Assembly (NCBI GenBank): GCA_002269645.1
Contig: NIVC01000438.1
Coordinates: forward strand, 411,379-475,378
Origin: Macrostomum lignano
Lineage: Eukaryota
Reading direction: 5' to 3'
Length of the DNA stretch: 64,000 nucleotides
Position numbers and translations under genes: made by a program. Position 1 is the stretch's first letter, and every line of letters starts with the position of its first letter. The notes under the pieces were generated by a model. The model was not told where the DNA came from. It worked only from the letters and a program-made list of their open reading frames with translations, and searched no databases. Of this stretch, positions 12,657 through 25,214 are shown one piece after another.

Positions 12657-13645
12657 AAGGATACAAGATACGTAAGCTGCTTGTCCCGATGCGACTTGGG
12701 CAATTAATAAGCGTGTTGAATATTTGATGCAGCCGTGACTTATAACTGGATCAAGAGATTCTGCAATTGCTTCAACAGGCTGATAGAATGCATAATGAAA
12801 ACTGAGACAGGCTGGAATATGAAAGAATTAGGAATAAAAATGTGAAGGGAATGTGAGAGCGATGAAGGAATAGAGAGTAGATAGGGGCCGGTAAGTAGAG
12901 ATAAGATGGTAGAGGATTAGGCTTGAAGGGTCAAGGTTGAGGGAAGAAAGTAAAAGAGAGGCTAGAGGGGGAGACGGAGGAGACAAGATTGGCAGAGAGA
13001 GGAGAGGGTAGATAGGGAAAGGGTAGAGATGTGGGAGGGTAGAGGGTGAAAAGGTGGAGAAGGTTGAGAGGAAGAGCAGGCAGTGAGAAGAGGGAACTAG
13101 AAGGGAAAAAAGATTACACGCAAAAAGCAAGTCGGAGGGCAAACGCAGAGACAGGGACGGATGGCAAACTGCGGGATATTTCAGGCTGACGAGATGAAAA
13201 CAAATTCAGCCCACGACAGCAGAAAAATAGCAGCAGGGAATTCAGCATGCGCCACTAATGCTTTACAGCATTACATCTCGCACCAGACCGAGAAGCCGCC
13301 CGCCCAGCAGAAGTAACTGCAAAGCTGTCAGAAGAAGGCCAAACAACCAAAAACAAAAGCAGCAAGAGCTGTCTTGTCTGTCACGCCTCACCCACCACTG
13401 GCACTAGCTAGCCATAATGCATTAGTGCCTTAGATAATGGCGAACTATATCCACGAAGTGGGCCACTCTATATATCTAATCTAACAAACCAGTTAATAAT
13501 TAATTAGGGCCAAGGGAATACAGATACTCACCCAAGCACCTCATGCCTGAAAAAGTAGTTGCTCTGGGACTGCACTACATGAATATTTTGGTTGGGGCTG
13601 CGACCTCTGCTAGCCAAGACTTCAAGTGCGTACTAATTCAATGCA

Positions 13646-14235
13646 AACTCTAACCTGACCTAAACCCTAAACCTAACCTGACCTAAACCCTAAACCTAAC
13701 CTGACCTAAGCCCTAAACCTAACCTGACCTAAACCCTAAACCTAACCAGGCCGAAACCCTAAACCTAACCTGACCTAAGCCGTAAACCTAGCCTGACCTA
13801 AACCCTAAACCTAACCTGACCTAAACCATAAACCTAAGCAGACCTAAACTCTAAACCTAACCTGACCTAAACCATAAACCTAACCTGACCTAAACCATAA
13901 ACCTAAGCAGACCTAAACTCTAAACCTAACCTGACCTAAACCATAAACCTAACCTGACCTAAACCCTAAACCTTACCTGAGCTAGACCCTAAACCCTAAA
14001 CCTAACCTAACCTAAACCCTAAACCTAACCTAAACCCTAAACCTAACCTTTCCTAAACCCGAAACATTATTTGACCTAAACCATAAACCTAATCTGATCT
14101 AAACCCTAAACCTAACCTGACCTAAACCCTAAACCTAACCAGACCTAAACCCTAAACCTAACCAGACCTAAACCCTAAAACAAACCTGACCTTAACCCTG
14201 AACCTAAAATGCCTTAAACCCTACCCTAATCTAAC
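13646..14235. repeat. Telomere-like 23-bp minisatellite (TAAACCCTAAACCTAACCTGACC)n
   Basis: Built from CCCTAA/CCTAA/CCTAAA words. Confidence 0.9.
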
Positions 14236-14609
14236 CCAAACCTGACCCTAACCTGTAGCAATAAAAAGCAAAAAAACCCACAGTTTTTCATACGAAAAAA
14301 TGAAACGGCTTCAACAGAAGCGACGCTGCTGGTCAGCAATTAAACAGTTTATTTATTTTTTTCAGGTGCGAAATTTCAGAATAAAAATTGAAAACTTCAA
14401 CAAAAGTCGTTAATGTCCGAAGATGAATTCGCTAAATTTAATGAGGCAAAAAGAATAATGTTAGGTAATTTTTGCAACAAGAAAACCGTAAAAACTTTGT
14501 TAATGCTTATTTTGGATCAAAACTGGAGGCTAAGGCACAAATTGAAACCATTGAAACATTTCGTAGTAAAACAAATTTGATTGTTAAGTTCTCGAAATTC
14601 CACGAATCC

Positions 14610-15425
14610 ACAACTCCCAAACCACAAAACCCACAACTCCCAAACCTCAAAACCCACAACTCCCAAACCTCAAAACCCACAACTCCCAAACCACAAAACC
14701 CACAACTCCCAAACCTCAAAACCCACAACTCCCAATCCTCAAAACCCACAACTCAAAATCCACAAAAGTCACAACTCCCAATGGACAAAACCAACAACTC
14801 ACAATCCACAAAAGCCACAACTCCCAATGGACAAAACCAACAACTCCCAAACCACAAAACCCACAACTCACAATCCACAAAACCCACAACTCCCAAACCT
14901 CAAAACCCACAACTCCCAAACCACAAAACCCACAACTCCCAAACCTCAAAACCCACAACTCCCAATCCTCAAAACCCACAACTCACAATCCTCAAAAACC
15001 ACAACTTAAAATCCTCAAAACCCACAACTCCCAATGGACAAAACCAACAACTCACAATCCACAAAACCCACAACTCCCAATGGACAAAACCCACAACTTA
15101 CAATCCACAAAACCCACAACTCCCAATGGACAAAACCCACAACTCACAATCCACAAAAGCCACAACTCCCAATAGACAAAACCAACAACTCACAATCCAC
15201 AAAAGCCACAACTCCCAATAGACAAAACCAACAACTCACAATCCACAAAAGCCACAACTCCCAATGGACAAAACCAGCAACTCACAATCCACAAAAGCCA
15301 CAACTCCCAATGGACAAAACCAACAACTCACAATCCACAAAAGCCACAACTCCCAATGGACAAAACCAGCAACTCACAATCCACAAAAGCCACAACTCCC
15401 AATGGACAAAACCAACAACTCACAA
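14610..15425. repeat. 21-bp-based composite C/A-rich minisatellite (CAAAACCCACAACTCCCAAAC variants)
   Basis: Tandem 21-mers with alternating variants giving 42/63-bp periods. Confidence 0.92.
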
Positions 15426-15885
15426 TGCATTACAATCGACAATAGATAATCGGAAACTGCAATAACAACCTACAAAACAGTTCATAAAGCCTAAATAAAA
15501 AACCGATGAATAATGAAAACATACAAAATCCTACTCACAGTAGTAGCCAGAAACTCGCTGATAGAATATACGTGAATGAGTAATATATTAGTTTTATAGC
15601 TCACCTATCACCAGAAAACATCAAGAGATATACGGTGATAAATAGCAAATATTTAACAATGGATAATGAAAATAAACATAAATAATTGTACAGCAAGATT
15701 TGCTGTCTCAATCAGGTAATGCTCTGCAAAAAAGCTAGCTAATAATAAAGCAATAAATGTAAATAAACAAATGGAAACTGCAGCGAAATTATTTCTGCAA
15801 ATCAAATGATATAAAGGAATGGATTTTTTGATCTTCAACTTATTTTACACACGTGTACACTAATGTGGAGAAAATCAACGCATCT

Positions 15886-16070
15886 ATGTACACCCGTACT
15901 AGATACTGAAGCTAAATGTGTACACCTGTACTAGATACTGAAGCTAAATGTGTACACATGTACTAGATACTGAAGCTAAATGTGTACACCTGTACTAGAT
16001 ACTGAAGCTGAACGTGTCAGTGTTCACTTGTACTAGATACTGAAGCTAAACATGTCAGTGTACACTTGTG
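15886..16070. repeat. 32-bp tandem repeat (TGTACACCTGTACTAGATACTGAAGCTAAATG), ~5.5 copies, downstream of the DYM stop
   Basis: Direct sequence. Confidence 0.9.
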
Positions 16071-16196
16071 TCTGAGTACAGTCAGTTTTGACCAAAACCA
16101 ACGTTGACAAAAAACATTACTATCATCAATTAGCCAGTTTCATTGTACGGGTCAGTCTTACTAATTTGTTTACCATAGCATTTCCTATAAAAAAAT

Positions 16197-18023
16197 TTAA
16201 ACAACAGTGGTTTCCATTGAAGCGGAAGCAACGGCTGAGGCGGAAGTGGCAGCTTTGGCTGCTTTTGCTACTGCTGTTGTTGCTGCTGTCCCAGACTGGG
16301 AGGCGGAAGCAGACGCAGAAGCAGACGCGGAAGCAGACGCAGAAGCAGGCGCGGAAGCAGGCGCGGAAGCAGACGCGGAAGCAGGCGCGGAAGCAGACGC
16401 GGAAGCAGACGCGGAAGCAGAAGCAGAAGACGCCGCCGGCTTCAATAAGGTGATTCTAGCGGGGTTAAAGTACAGTCCCGAGTGCTTGTAGACCAGAGCC
16501 CAGATGTAAGGCACAAAAAAATCGTCCGGCTTGGCCTCTTCAACGTATTTAAATCGTGGCTCCGGGAACTGGCGGAGTCGTTCGCGTTTGAAGCTGGCGC
16601 AGCTTGAGGAGATTACCTGCGAATTGGTGAGGCGATTGAAGCAAGGTTTTAAGCTAGCATTTGCACCCATGCTTTTTTATCAATAATTTCAAAGGTCGCA
16701 AACAACTGGAACTGTTACAAATAGGATTCCCCTAAAAAGGATTTTTCTAACTGGGATTTCCCTAAAAATGATTTCTTTAGATGGAATTTCTCTGAATGCA
16801 ATTTCCCTAACTTGGAGTTACAAATCTGAAATTTACAACAATGGGATTTCCCTAACTGGGATATCTATAACTGGGGTTTCCCTAACTGGGATATCTATAA
16901 CTGGGGTTTCCCTAACTGGGATTTCCAGAACTGGGATTTCCATAACGGGAATTTCCTTACTGGGAGTTACCTATCTGAGATTTACAACAATGGGATTTCC
17001 CCGACTGGGATTTCCCTAACTGGGATTTCCATAACGGGAATTTCCTAATTGGGAGTTACCTATATGGGATGTCCCACAAATTACATTTCCCTAACTGAGA
17101 TTTCTCTAAAGAACATTTCCCTTACTATGATTTCCCTAACTGGGAAATCCATAACGGGAATTTCCTAATTGGGAGTTACCTATATGGGATGTCCCACAAA
17201 TTACATTTCCCTAACTGAGATTTCTCTAAAGAACATTTCCCTTACTATGATTTCCCTAACTGGGAAATCCATAACGGGAATTTCCTAAACTGTAACTGTT
17301 CCTAACTGTTACCTATCCGGGATTTCATTAAAAAACTGATTTCCTTAACTGTGGTTCTTCTAAACGACATTTCCCTAACTGGGATTTCCCTAGCTGTGAT
17401 TTCCGTTACTGGGGTTTGCTTCAACTGGGATTTCTCTAGCGTGAGTTTTTTTCCTAATTAGGATATCGGTATCAACAACAAAGATTTCCCAGACTAAAAT
17501 TCAACTCAGTGACCAATTACACTGACCGACGCCAATTAGAGGAGGGATCGTATAAATGCAATACCGAAACATTAAGCCTGAACATAATCCACCGACTTTT
17601 GAGTGCCCACATCATCATAATAAACCAGAGCTCTCCCTCTCACCTGCATAATCCGAGCCTCGGACAGTTGCGAAGGCGGCGGCAGGGCGGCAAGTTCGCC
17701 ACCATCCGCCGCCTGCTGCTGCTGCTGAGCTGCCGCTGACCCGGCCGCCGAGTCTCTCGCCACAGCGGCGGCGAAGTGCTGCGACACCGTCAGCAGGTTT
17801 GCCGCCAGCTCAGCCAGCTCTGTGCGATTCTGCAGCAGTCGCTTGTTGAACAGAGCGGCTCGCTGGTGCAGCATGGTGTACACCAGGTGCGGGTTAGCGG
17901 CCAGGCTCACCCGGCTCAGGGTGCCGTTAACCACCTCCAGGATGCTGCGGCTGGCCGCCTCTAGGGCTGCCAGCTCGTCTGGGGACTGCTGCGGGCTGGG
18001 GAGGGGTGCGGCCTGTCCGTCTG

Positions 18024-18064
<41 letters not shown>

Positions 18065-18082
18065 GCCTGTCTGTCTGCCGCC

Positions 18083-18115
<33 letters not shown>

Positions 18116-18118
18116 GCA

Positions 18119-18163
<45 letters not shown>

Positions 18164-21100
18164 GCCTGCCTGCCTGCCTGCCTGCCTGTCTGTCTGTCTG
18201 TCTGTCTGCATGTCTGTCTGTCTGTCTGCATGTCTGTCTGTCTGTCTGCTTGTCTGTCTGAGTCAGTGTCTATCTGCTAGCGGCCGCATGCTCATTCAAT
18301 AACAGACAGACAGCTGTCTACTTACGTTGCCGATTTCTGCTGCTCCAGCTTCTCAATCCGAGTGGCAATGAAAGTCAGCAGGCCCAGCAGCTTCTGACAG
18401 GCGTAAGGATGCAGCGATCGGGCCTGAGTAGACTGATTGGCCAGCGCTGCCATGCAGTTGCTAGGCAGGTAACCACCGCCGCCGCCTCTGCCCAGTTTAT
18501 GCAGATTGAGCTGCACGCATCTGGCTAGCACTACTACTAGTAGGCTGCCCAGAGTGCCCTGCGGACCCAGCTGTCTCTCCGTTAGCCAAGTAGGCGACGC
18601 CCCGCCAGGCAGGGGAGCGGTGTGCATAGCCCTGCACAGGTCGGGCTGCTCAGTGAGCATGAGCAAGTTGATCATAGCCATGTACAGGCGATGCGACTGC
18701 GGCTCAGTGTTAGCCGAGTGAATGCACTGCAACAGTGGCAGAGTTAGCGAGGCTAACAGTTGAGGATTATTGGCCCCAGCTGAAGACAGGTGGTTCCTCA
18801 GGGCGTGCGAACCGGCCGGGTGGAGCAGCAGGTAGAGCAGCAGCAGAGCTTCATCTTGAGGCAAATCAGTTGCTATGGCGCCTAGCAGACCGGCATAGTT
18901 CCCTAGCAACTTGGCGTCGCATTCGAGCAGAGCGTCACGGTAGGGCGTGTCCAACTCGTTTTCGTTGGAAGAGTAGCCGGGACTGAGGGCGAGGGCGAGG
19001 CAGAGCAGAAGGCTCTGTCGGCTCAACAGGTTGCGTTTGAGTTCAGCTCGAGTCTGGGAATGGGGAAGATTTAGAGGAAACAGTTAATCACTTAGGTTAA
19101 TCTGTGCCAAGTCACGTGACTTATCATCTTACCGGCTCATCTGTTTTAGAAACGGTTGAAGCTGCTGAAGTGCCGCCACTGCCGCTTCCGTATCCAAGAG
19201 TCACCATGTACCATAGACCGGTTGCTAATGACGCTGCCGCATTGTACACCTTAATAAATTGCAGTATAATATTTCAGGTAAATAATAACTTTGTATATAA
19301 TTTCAAGCATATCTAAAATATGCATTCTGGACAGTATATTTCTATTACACATGGTACCATGAGGGACAGATGCGGCAGCCAATCAGCGCACAGTTACAAA
19401 AGACACAGATATACAGCAGCCAATCAGCGCACAGTTACAAAAGACACAGATATACAGCAGCCAATCAGAGCACAGCTACAAAAGACACAGATATACAGCA
19501 GCCAATCAGAGCACAGCTACAAAAGACACAGATATACAGCAGCCAATCAGCGCACAGCTACAAAAGACACAGATATACAGCAGCCAATCAGCGCACAGCT
19601 ACAAAAGACACAGATATACAGCAGCCAATCAGCGCACAGCTACAAAAGACACAGATATACAGCAGCCAATCAGCGCACAGCTACAAAAGCAAGATATATA
19701 GCAGCCAATCAGAGCACAGCTACAAAAGACACAGATATACAGCAGCCAATCAGCGCACAGTTACAAAAGACACAGATATACAGCAGCCAATCAGCGCACA
19801 GTTACAAAAGACACAGATATACAGTAGCCAATCAGCGCAGAGCAACACTTTGGCGGAGAAATCAAAACATTAGACTATCCAAACGAAAACCCCTGTTATA
19901 TAATCTACCTGAGAAGGTGCCTGAGGCGCGCTAGCTACCAATCGATCAGGAGCTGGCGGCGCCGCCACAAACCGCTGCACTAAAGTGGCCGTCAACCTTC
20001 TGGCATAAGGTGCGCATCTGCCAGCACAGAGAATCTGGTAGAATGCCAGCTGGGCACTTGACTTGCAGCCGTGGTACATTCTCAGGCTCAGCAGTACTAG
20101 TAAGCTGTTGATTGCTTCTAGAAGAGCAGGAAATGCTTCCTCATCAACAGGTAGAAGAATGACTAATTTGACTAAACTTTCAACGTAATCTTCTATTGTG
20201 GTGCCAGAGTCGGCAGCGACCGAGGACGGTGCAGCAGAGGACGACTCGGCATTGTCTTCATTGTCTGACGAGTTTTGAGAGGCGTCCGGCGAGCTGTCAG
20301 AAGATGACGACTTCTTCTCGATCACGGATGCGTTGTCGTCATTGTCCTGCGAAAATTTGAGATGGTTAATTTATGACGCTGTTAAGATTTTAGATGAGAG
20401 TTTTTCTAGTGTAGTGGGATGTCCATAGCTGACAGGATTTCTTGTCAGTAAGATATTTATAGCTGACAGAATTTCTTGTCACTAGGATAGATATACTATC
20501 GCTGACAGAATTTCTTGTCAGTAGGATGTTTATAGCTGACAGGATTTCTTGTCAGTAGGATGTTTATAGCTGACAGGATTTCTTGTCAGTAGGATGTTTA
20601 TAGCTGACAGGATTTCTTGTCAGTAGGATATTTATAGCTGACAGAATTTCTTGTCAGTAGGATGTTTATAGCTGACAGGATTTCTTGTCAGTAGGATATT
20701 TATAGCTGACAGGATTTCTTGTCAGTAGGATATCTATAGCTGACAGGATTTCTTGTCAGTAGGATATTTATAGCTGACAGAATTTCTTGTCAGTAGGACG
20801 TTTATAGCTGACAGAATTTCTTGTCAGTAGGATGTCTATAGCTGACAGGATTTCTTGTCAGTAGGATGTCTATAGCTGACAGGATTTCTTGTCAGTAGGA
20901 TGTCTATAGCTGACAGGATTTCTTGTCAGTAGGATGTCTATAGCTGACAGGATTTCTTGTCAGTAGGATGTCTATAGCTGACAGGATTTAATTTCAGACA
21001 ATTTTATCTGAAACAGACACCAGACTGCCAATTTGCACAAAAACAAAGCAAATCACCTGATTGTCATCCTCAACAGGACAGAATTCCATGTGCTCAAGTA

Positions 21101-21524
21101 AGCTTCGCTCATTCTCCGATTCTAACAGATATTTAATGCAACAACGGGCCATGAACAGGGCAGCTCCCAGCTGGCTGAGATGCCGGGATCTGCGCTGTCT
21201 ATCAGCCAGCGGCTGCAGCACAGCATCATCTAGCTCGTCAGTCAGTTTAATGATTCTCCGAAGTAGTGCATTGAGATTGCCGCTAGTTCGATTGTTGACA
21301 GCCAGGTGGGCCAGGTAAGGCAGCGCTAGAGATTCGTCAAAGTCGCGAGAGGCGCGAGAGGTCACGGGAGGACAGAGCTGATGACTTAACAAATTTGTCC
21401 AGAAAGCTTCAGTCTCGTCTAAGTCAGCCACAGCTGCCAGAGGCTCCGCTGAGCAGAATCTTTCAAGTAGAGGATTTCTGACTGGGCCTGTTAGCTCAGA
21501 CAGTGTGCTCACATTTGAGCCCAT
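16197..21524 (-). CDS. DYM: Dymeclin; exons 21524-21057, 20346-19909, 19053-18326, 17995-17644, 16616-16197
   Basis: MGSNVS myristoylation start; FWTNLL..NNRTSGNLNALL; SRQSLLLCLAL; ILEVVNGTL..NPHLVYTML; C-terminal RFKYVEEAKPDDFFVPYIWALVY matches the dymeclin FKYVEE..PEEFFIPYVWSLV motif. All four junctions are GT-AG and phase compatible. Confidence 0.95.
16760..17450. repeat. Degenerate ~15-bp repeat (GGGATTTCCCTAACT) with a 120-bp internal duplication, DYM intron 4
   Basis: Lines 17041-17160 and 17161-17280 are essentially identical. Confidence 0.85.
18017..18260. repeat. (CTGT)n microsatellite, DYM intron 3
   Basis: Direct sequence. Confidence 0.97.
19375..19835. repeat. 41-bp minisatellite containing AGCCAATCAG, DYM intron 2
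   Basis: About 11 units of GCAGCCAATCAGCGCACAGCTACAAAAGACACAGATATACA. Confidence 0.96.
20425..20988. repeat. 34-bp minisatellite with internal inverted repeat, DYM intron 1
   Basis: About 16 units of GTAGGATGTTTATAGCTGACAGGATTTCTTGTCA. Confidence 0.96.
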
Positions 21525-21737
21525 TGCTTTCTGATTGCAGAGAAAAGTTTTTTCTTTGGCTTACAATATTCAGTAATGAACTGCTAGGCTGCAGATTAAC
21601 AAGTTAATTCTTACACCTGTAAAGATAGATAACAAGAAATGTAATTTATTAGTAACAAGTAGGAGTGAAAAAAACATTAAAGTACACAGATGGACATTGG
21701 CTAGCTAGGTTGTTTGTGCCATAGTTAGAGGTGCAAT

Positions 21738-21893
21738 AACCTAGTGGCCTAACACGGCGCTGTGATGTACCAATAGCCCAAGCTCGATTGCAAGTGCAGT
21801 CACATTAATTTTGGGGCTAAATTGGAATCTTGGCTTGGTTCTGCTTATGTAATTAACACCTTTGAGGGCCAACCTCCAAGGCATAGTGAAGTT
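21738..21893 (+). mobile_element. SINE family 1, decayed 5' half with CpG>TpG/CpA changes
   Basis: Aligns to 12305-12465 (CAAGTGCAGTCACATTAATTT.GGGGCT.AATTGGAATCT). Confidence 0.8.
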
Positions 21894-22820
21894 AGCACTT
21901 GGAATTTGACAACAGATAAGACATGATCATTAGAGGTACTAATAGTAGTATGTATAGAATAAGAATATAAAGCTAGAGATATATAAACTACTCTTGAGGC
22001 TAAAAATTTAGGTACAAAAATAAAATGAACAAAGGAAAACTACTAGGAAAGATTATATATAAGACAGAAGAAGAAGGAAAAGAATAAAGGAGCAAAAAGA
22101 GGAAATAATAGATAGCATTCCAGCCAATGAGATCAATTGATGCTTGTCTCAAATCTATGCATACATGACTATCAAAGATGCAGTTATAGGGAAAAATAGC
22201 TATTGGGATTAGGTTTTTTAGTATACTATAGTTTTTAGGTCTATAATATAGACTTAGATTTACACATACTAGAGAATAAGTAAAACATAATATAACAAAT
22301 ACAAATTTTTAGGACTAATAAAATAATAATATAAAAAGTACAAGTTAAAACAAAATGCATTCAAGTAATCACTAATTCTAAAAACTAGTAAAAAGTTCAC
22401 TTAAAATAACTATTCCAAATTCCTATTTCTAGGGTCAAGATCTTGATTTTATGGGAATCTAATTTTCCTTAGGATTATAAGTGTAAGTAAGAATTTGAGA
22501 TCATGATCAATGGTATACTATCTAACCTCTCTATTGATGAAATAATGCACTTTATAATTGCATTTAGTTTTATTTAAATTTCATTTCATTAAAATAATAT
22601 TTGTTACTACTTTTATTTTGACACTTCATACTCCAAGCATCATTAGGTTCATAATAATATAAATTATTAGGTTTTTGATGTATAGTATCAAAAAAGAAGT
22701 ATTCACAAATATTTTTCTTAGTTTTTTGTTAAATTTGTCTTTTGTTAAGCCTCTATATTATCAACCAAATGATTTAGAAAAAAGGTCTAAGAAATTATAT
22801 ATATATATATACATATTATG

Positions 22821-24043
22821 TATAAGGGATACTCTAAAAGTTTTGCAATTCAACTATTTAAAGTTTAAACTTTTCTATTACAATCCTTCAAAGTAGGCTC
22901 CTTGGAACTATAAACACTTGTGCACTCATCTGAGCCACTTGTCATAAGGCCCTGGATCTCTTCAATTGGGATGCTGTCAATTGCCTCCTTTGTCACCAGC
23001 TCTAGCTTCTTGTTGGACTTTTTGATTTCTGAAAAGAGCCAGAAGTCGCAGGGGGCAAGGTCTAGTGAATAGGGCAGATAGGGCAGGTGTGGTAGCATTG
23101 AAATACTTCTTTCTGCCCTTGCATTCCCTTCCCTGGTGCCCTTTGGATCATGACTGGTAAGCACTCTTCAGTGTACCATCGAGCAGTGACTATAGTTTGA
23201 CCCTCCAGATTCACCATCGCCAACATGCCTTGTGAGTCAAAGAAGATTGCAAACATTTGCTTGCCCTGGGACCGGGACCGCCTTGCTTTCAGGGGTTGTT
23301 GCCAACCTTCTGGCACCCACTCTGCACTGCTACACTTTGTCTTGATGTCAAAATGATAGAGAAATGTCTCATCCCCAATGTGATGACTTTAGAGTGGCAC
23401 TAATGGCTCTCCTACTCATATCAATTGATGAGAAACTGACAGAACTCCATGCGGGCCTGTTTCTGACCATCTGTTAAGAAGATATGGGGAATCCATCAGG
23501 CACAAAGCTTTCTGACTCTCAGGTGATCATATAGAATCATATTGGCCACTGCCAATCCAATGCCAACATTCATAGCTAATATGTCTATGGTGATTTGCAG
23601 ATCCTGATAGATTAGCTCCTACATTACAGTGATGTTTTCTTCTGTCACTGCTGTTGGAGGTCTCCTAGGCCAGAGGTTGTCAGAAAAGCTAGCCCTGCCA
23701 CTGCCAGCCTAAAACTCATAATACTAGTGTGAAACAGTAGCATATGACAGCGTTTGAGCCTCTAATATTGCCAGTAGCTCAGCATGAGTCTCAAGTGCCA
23801 TAAGCTTTTGCTTGTGACAGTACCAAATTAGTAGCTGATTTTTCTCACGATTCAATTCCATGGCTGCAGCTATACATTTTAGGAGTCATTGACTTTGACT
23901 AGAGGCTGTGTAGGCATATATAAATTCACTTGAAAATTGAGATGGGAACTATATACATGTTTATTGTACAGAGGGTTGATTTTTTAAAAATGTGCGACTT
24001 GCACAAGTGGTTGAATTGCAAAACTTTTGGAGTATCCCTTGTA
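22821..24043 (-). mobile_element. Mariner (Tc1/mariner, DD34D-type) transposon, full length but inactivated
   Basis: ~33-bp TIRs TA(T/C)AAGGGATACTC(T/C)AAAAGTTTTGCAATTCAA at both ends, ~1.22 kb apart. Transposase from ATG 23861 shows WIPHI (WVPHEL motif), IGDETFLYHF, FAIFFDSQG and PYSLDLAPCDFWLF, with multiple stops and frameshifts. Confidence 0.93.
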
Positions 24044-24135
24044 TGGTAACAATAGATGTATAGGAAAGTATAAATAACAAGTGTGTGTCAAGTAAATAAT
24101 TCTTTTTAAGTATTCAACTTCCAAGCATAGATTGG

Positions 24136-24835
24136 TCAAGGACGACTTAAGTAGAAGGACGGGAAACCTCGTTTCTTAGAAAATTTTTGAAGGCACTTTT
24201 TCCCGAAAAAATACACTACGGAGATAGGAAATTTTCATTTTTTCAGCACAAAAATTGCTATTACTTTTGATAGGAGGCAAATACAGTGTTCATCTTTTGA
24301 TATGTTGTGTCTTTTTTATTGCTCTATCGATATTAATAAGGCTTTTCGTTCAGAAAATTAGATTTCTATGTTACTTTTTTATTCTACGTATATTTTCACG
24401 CGTCTTGTGCTTGAAATACATTAGAATGCCACGGCTCGCCTCTTAGGTTTTATGAGTCTATTTTGTCATTCTTAACTGACTGTGTAGCAAATATTCGTAA
24501 CAGAGATGATAAAATAGATTCATAAAACCAAATATTGGAGCTGTGTCATGCATTTTTGTGATTTTTAGATACAGGAAATATACGTAGAATAAAAAAGTAA
24601 CATAGAAATCTAATTTTCTGAACGAAAAGCTTTATAAATATCGATAGAGCAATAAAAAAGACACAACATATCAAAAGATGAACACTGTATTTGCCTCCTA
24701 TCAAAAGTAATAGCAATTTTTGTGCTGAAAAAATGAAAATTTCCTATCTCCGTAGTGTATTTTTTCGGGAAAAAGTGCCTTCAAAAATTTTCTAAGAAAC
24801 GAGGTTTCCCGTCCTTCTACTTAAGTCGTCCTTGA
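24136..24835. mobile_element. Non-autonomous foldback element/MITE, 700 bp with ~260-bp terminal inverted repeats
   Basis: 24136-24395 is a near-perfect reverse complement of 24576-24835; no coding capacity. Confidence 0.9.
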
Positions 24836-25214
24836 TCATTCATTAAGAGAATTGTGACTGTTAATTTCTGGTTTTTCTAGAAATGATAACATTTAAAAAA
24901 CTAATCTGCCATTAAGTAGTAAAACAAATATAAAAAAAGCATTCTACTTTTTCAAAAATCAATGTAGTTTTGAAATATAGAAAATACATTCAGTTATTTT
25001 AATAAGTTGTTTTAATATAAAACCTATAAAGCGATATTAAAAATTTAACAATATTTCCTTCCTGTTATTTCTTCGGAAGAAAACAACTTTTTTATCGAAC
25101 CTACTGCATAGAAGTCTAGAATTAGTAAAAAGAATTTTTAGAATACTAGAAATCTAACCTGTGCGATAACTACCCTACTATACTACCATATTTTACATTA
25201 AAAAATCGAATAGT

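Noticed and set aside
13186-13215. Hammerhead core CTGACGA (also CTGATGA at 26169)
   Set aside because: No stem II or correctly placed GAAA, and no flanking helices.
17572-18302. QTDR/CLSV-repeat ORFs
   Set aside because: (CTGT)n microsatellite; only 17995-17644 is real DYM exon.
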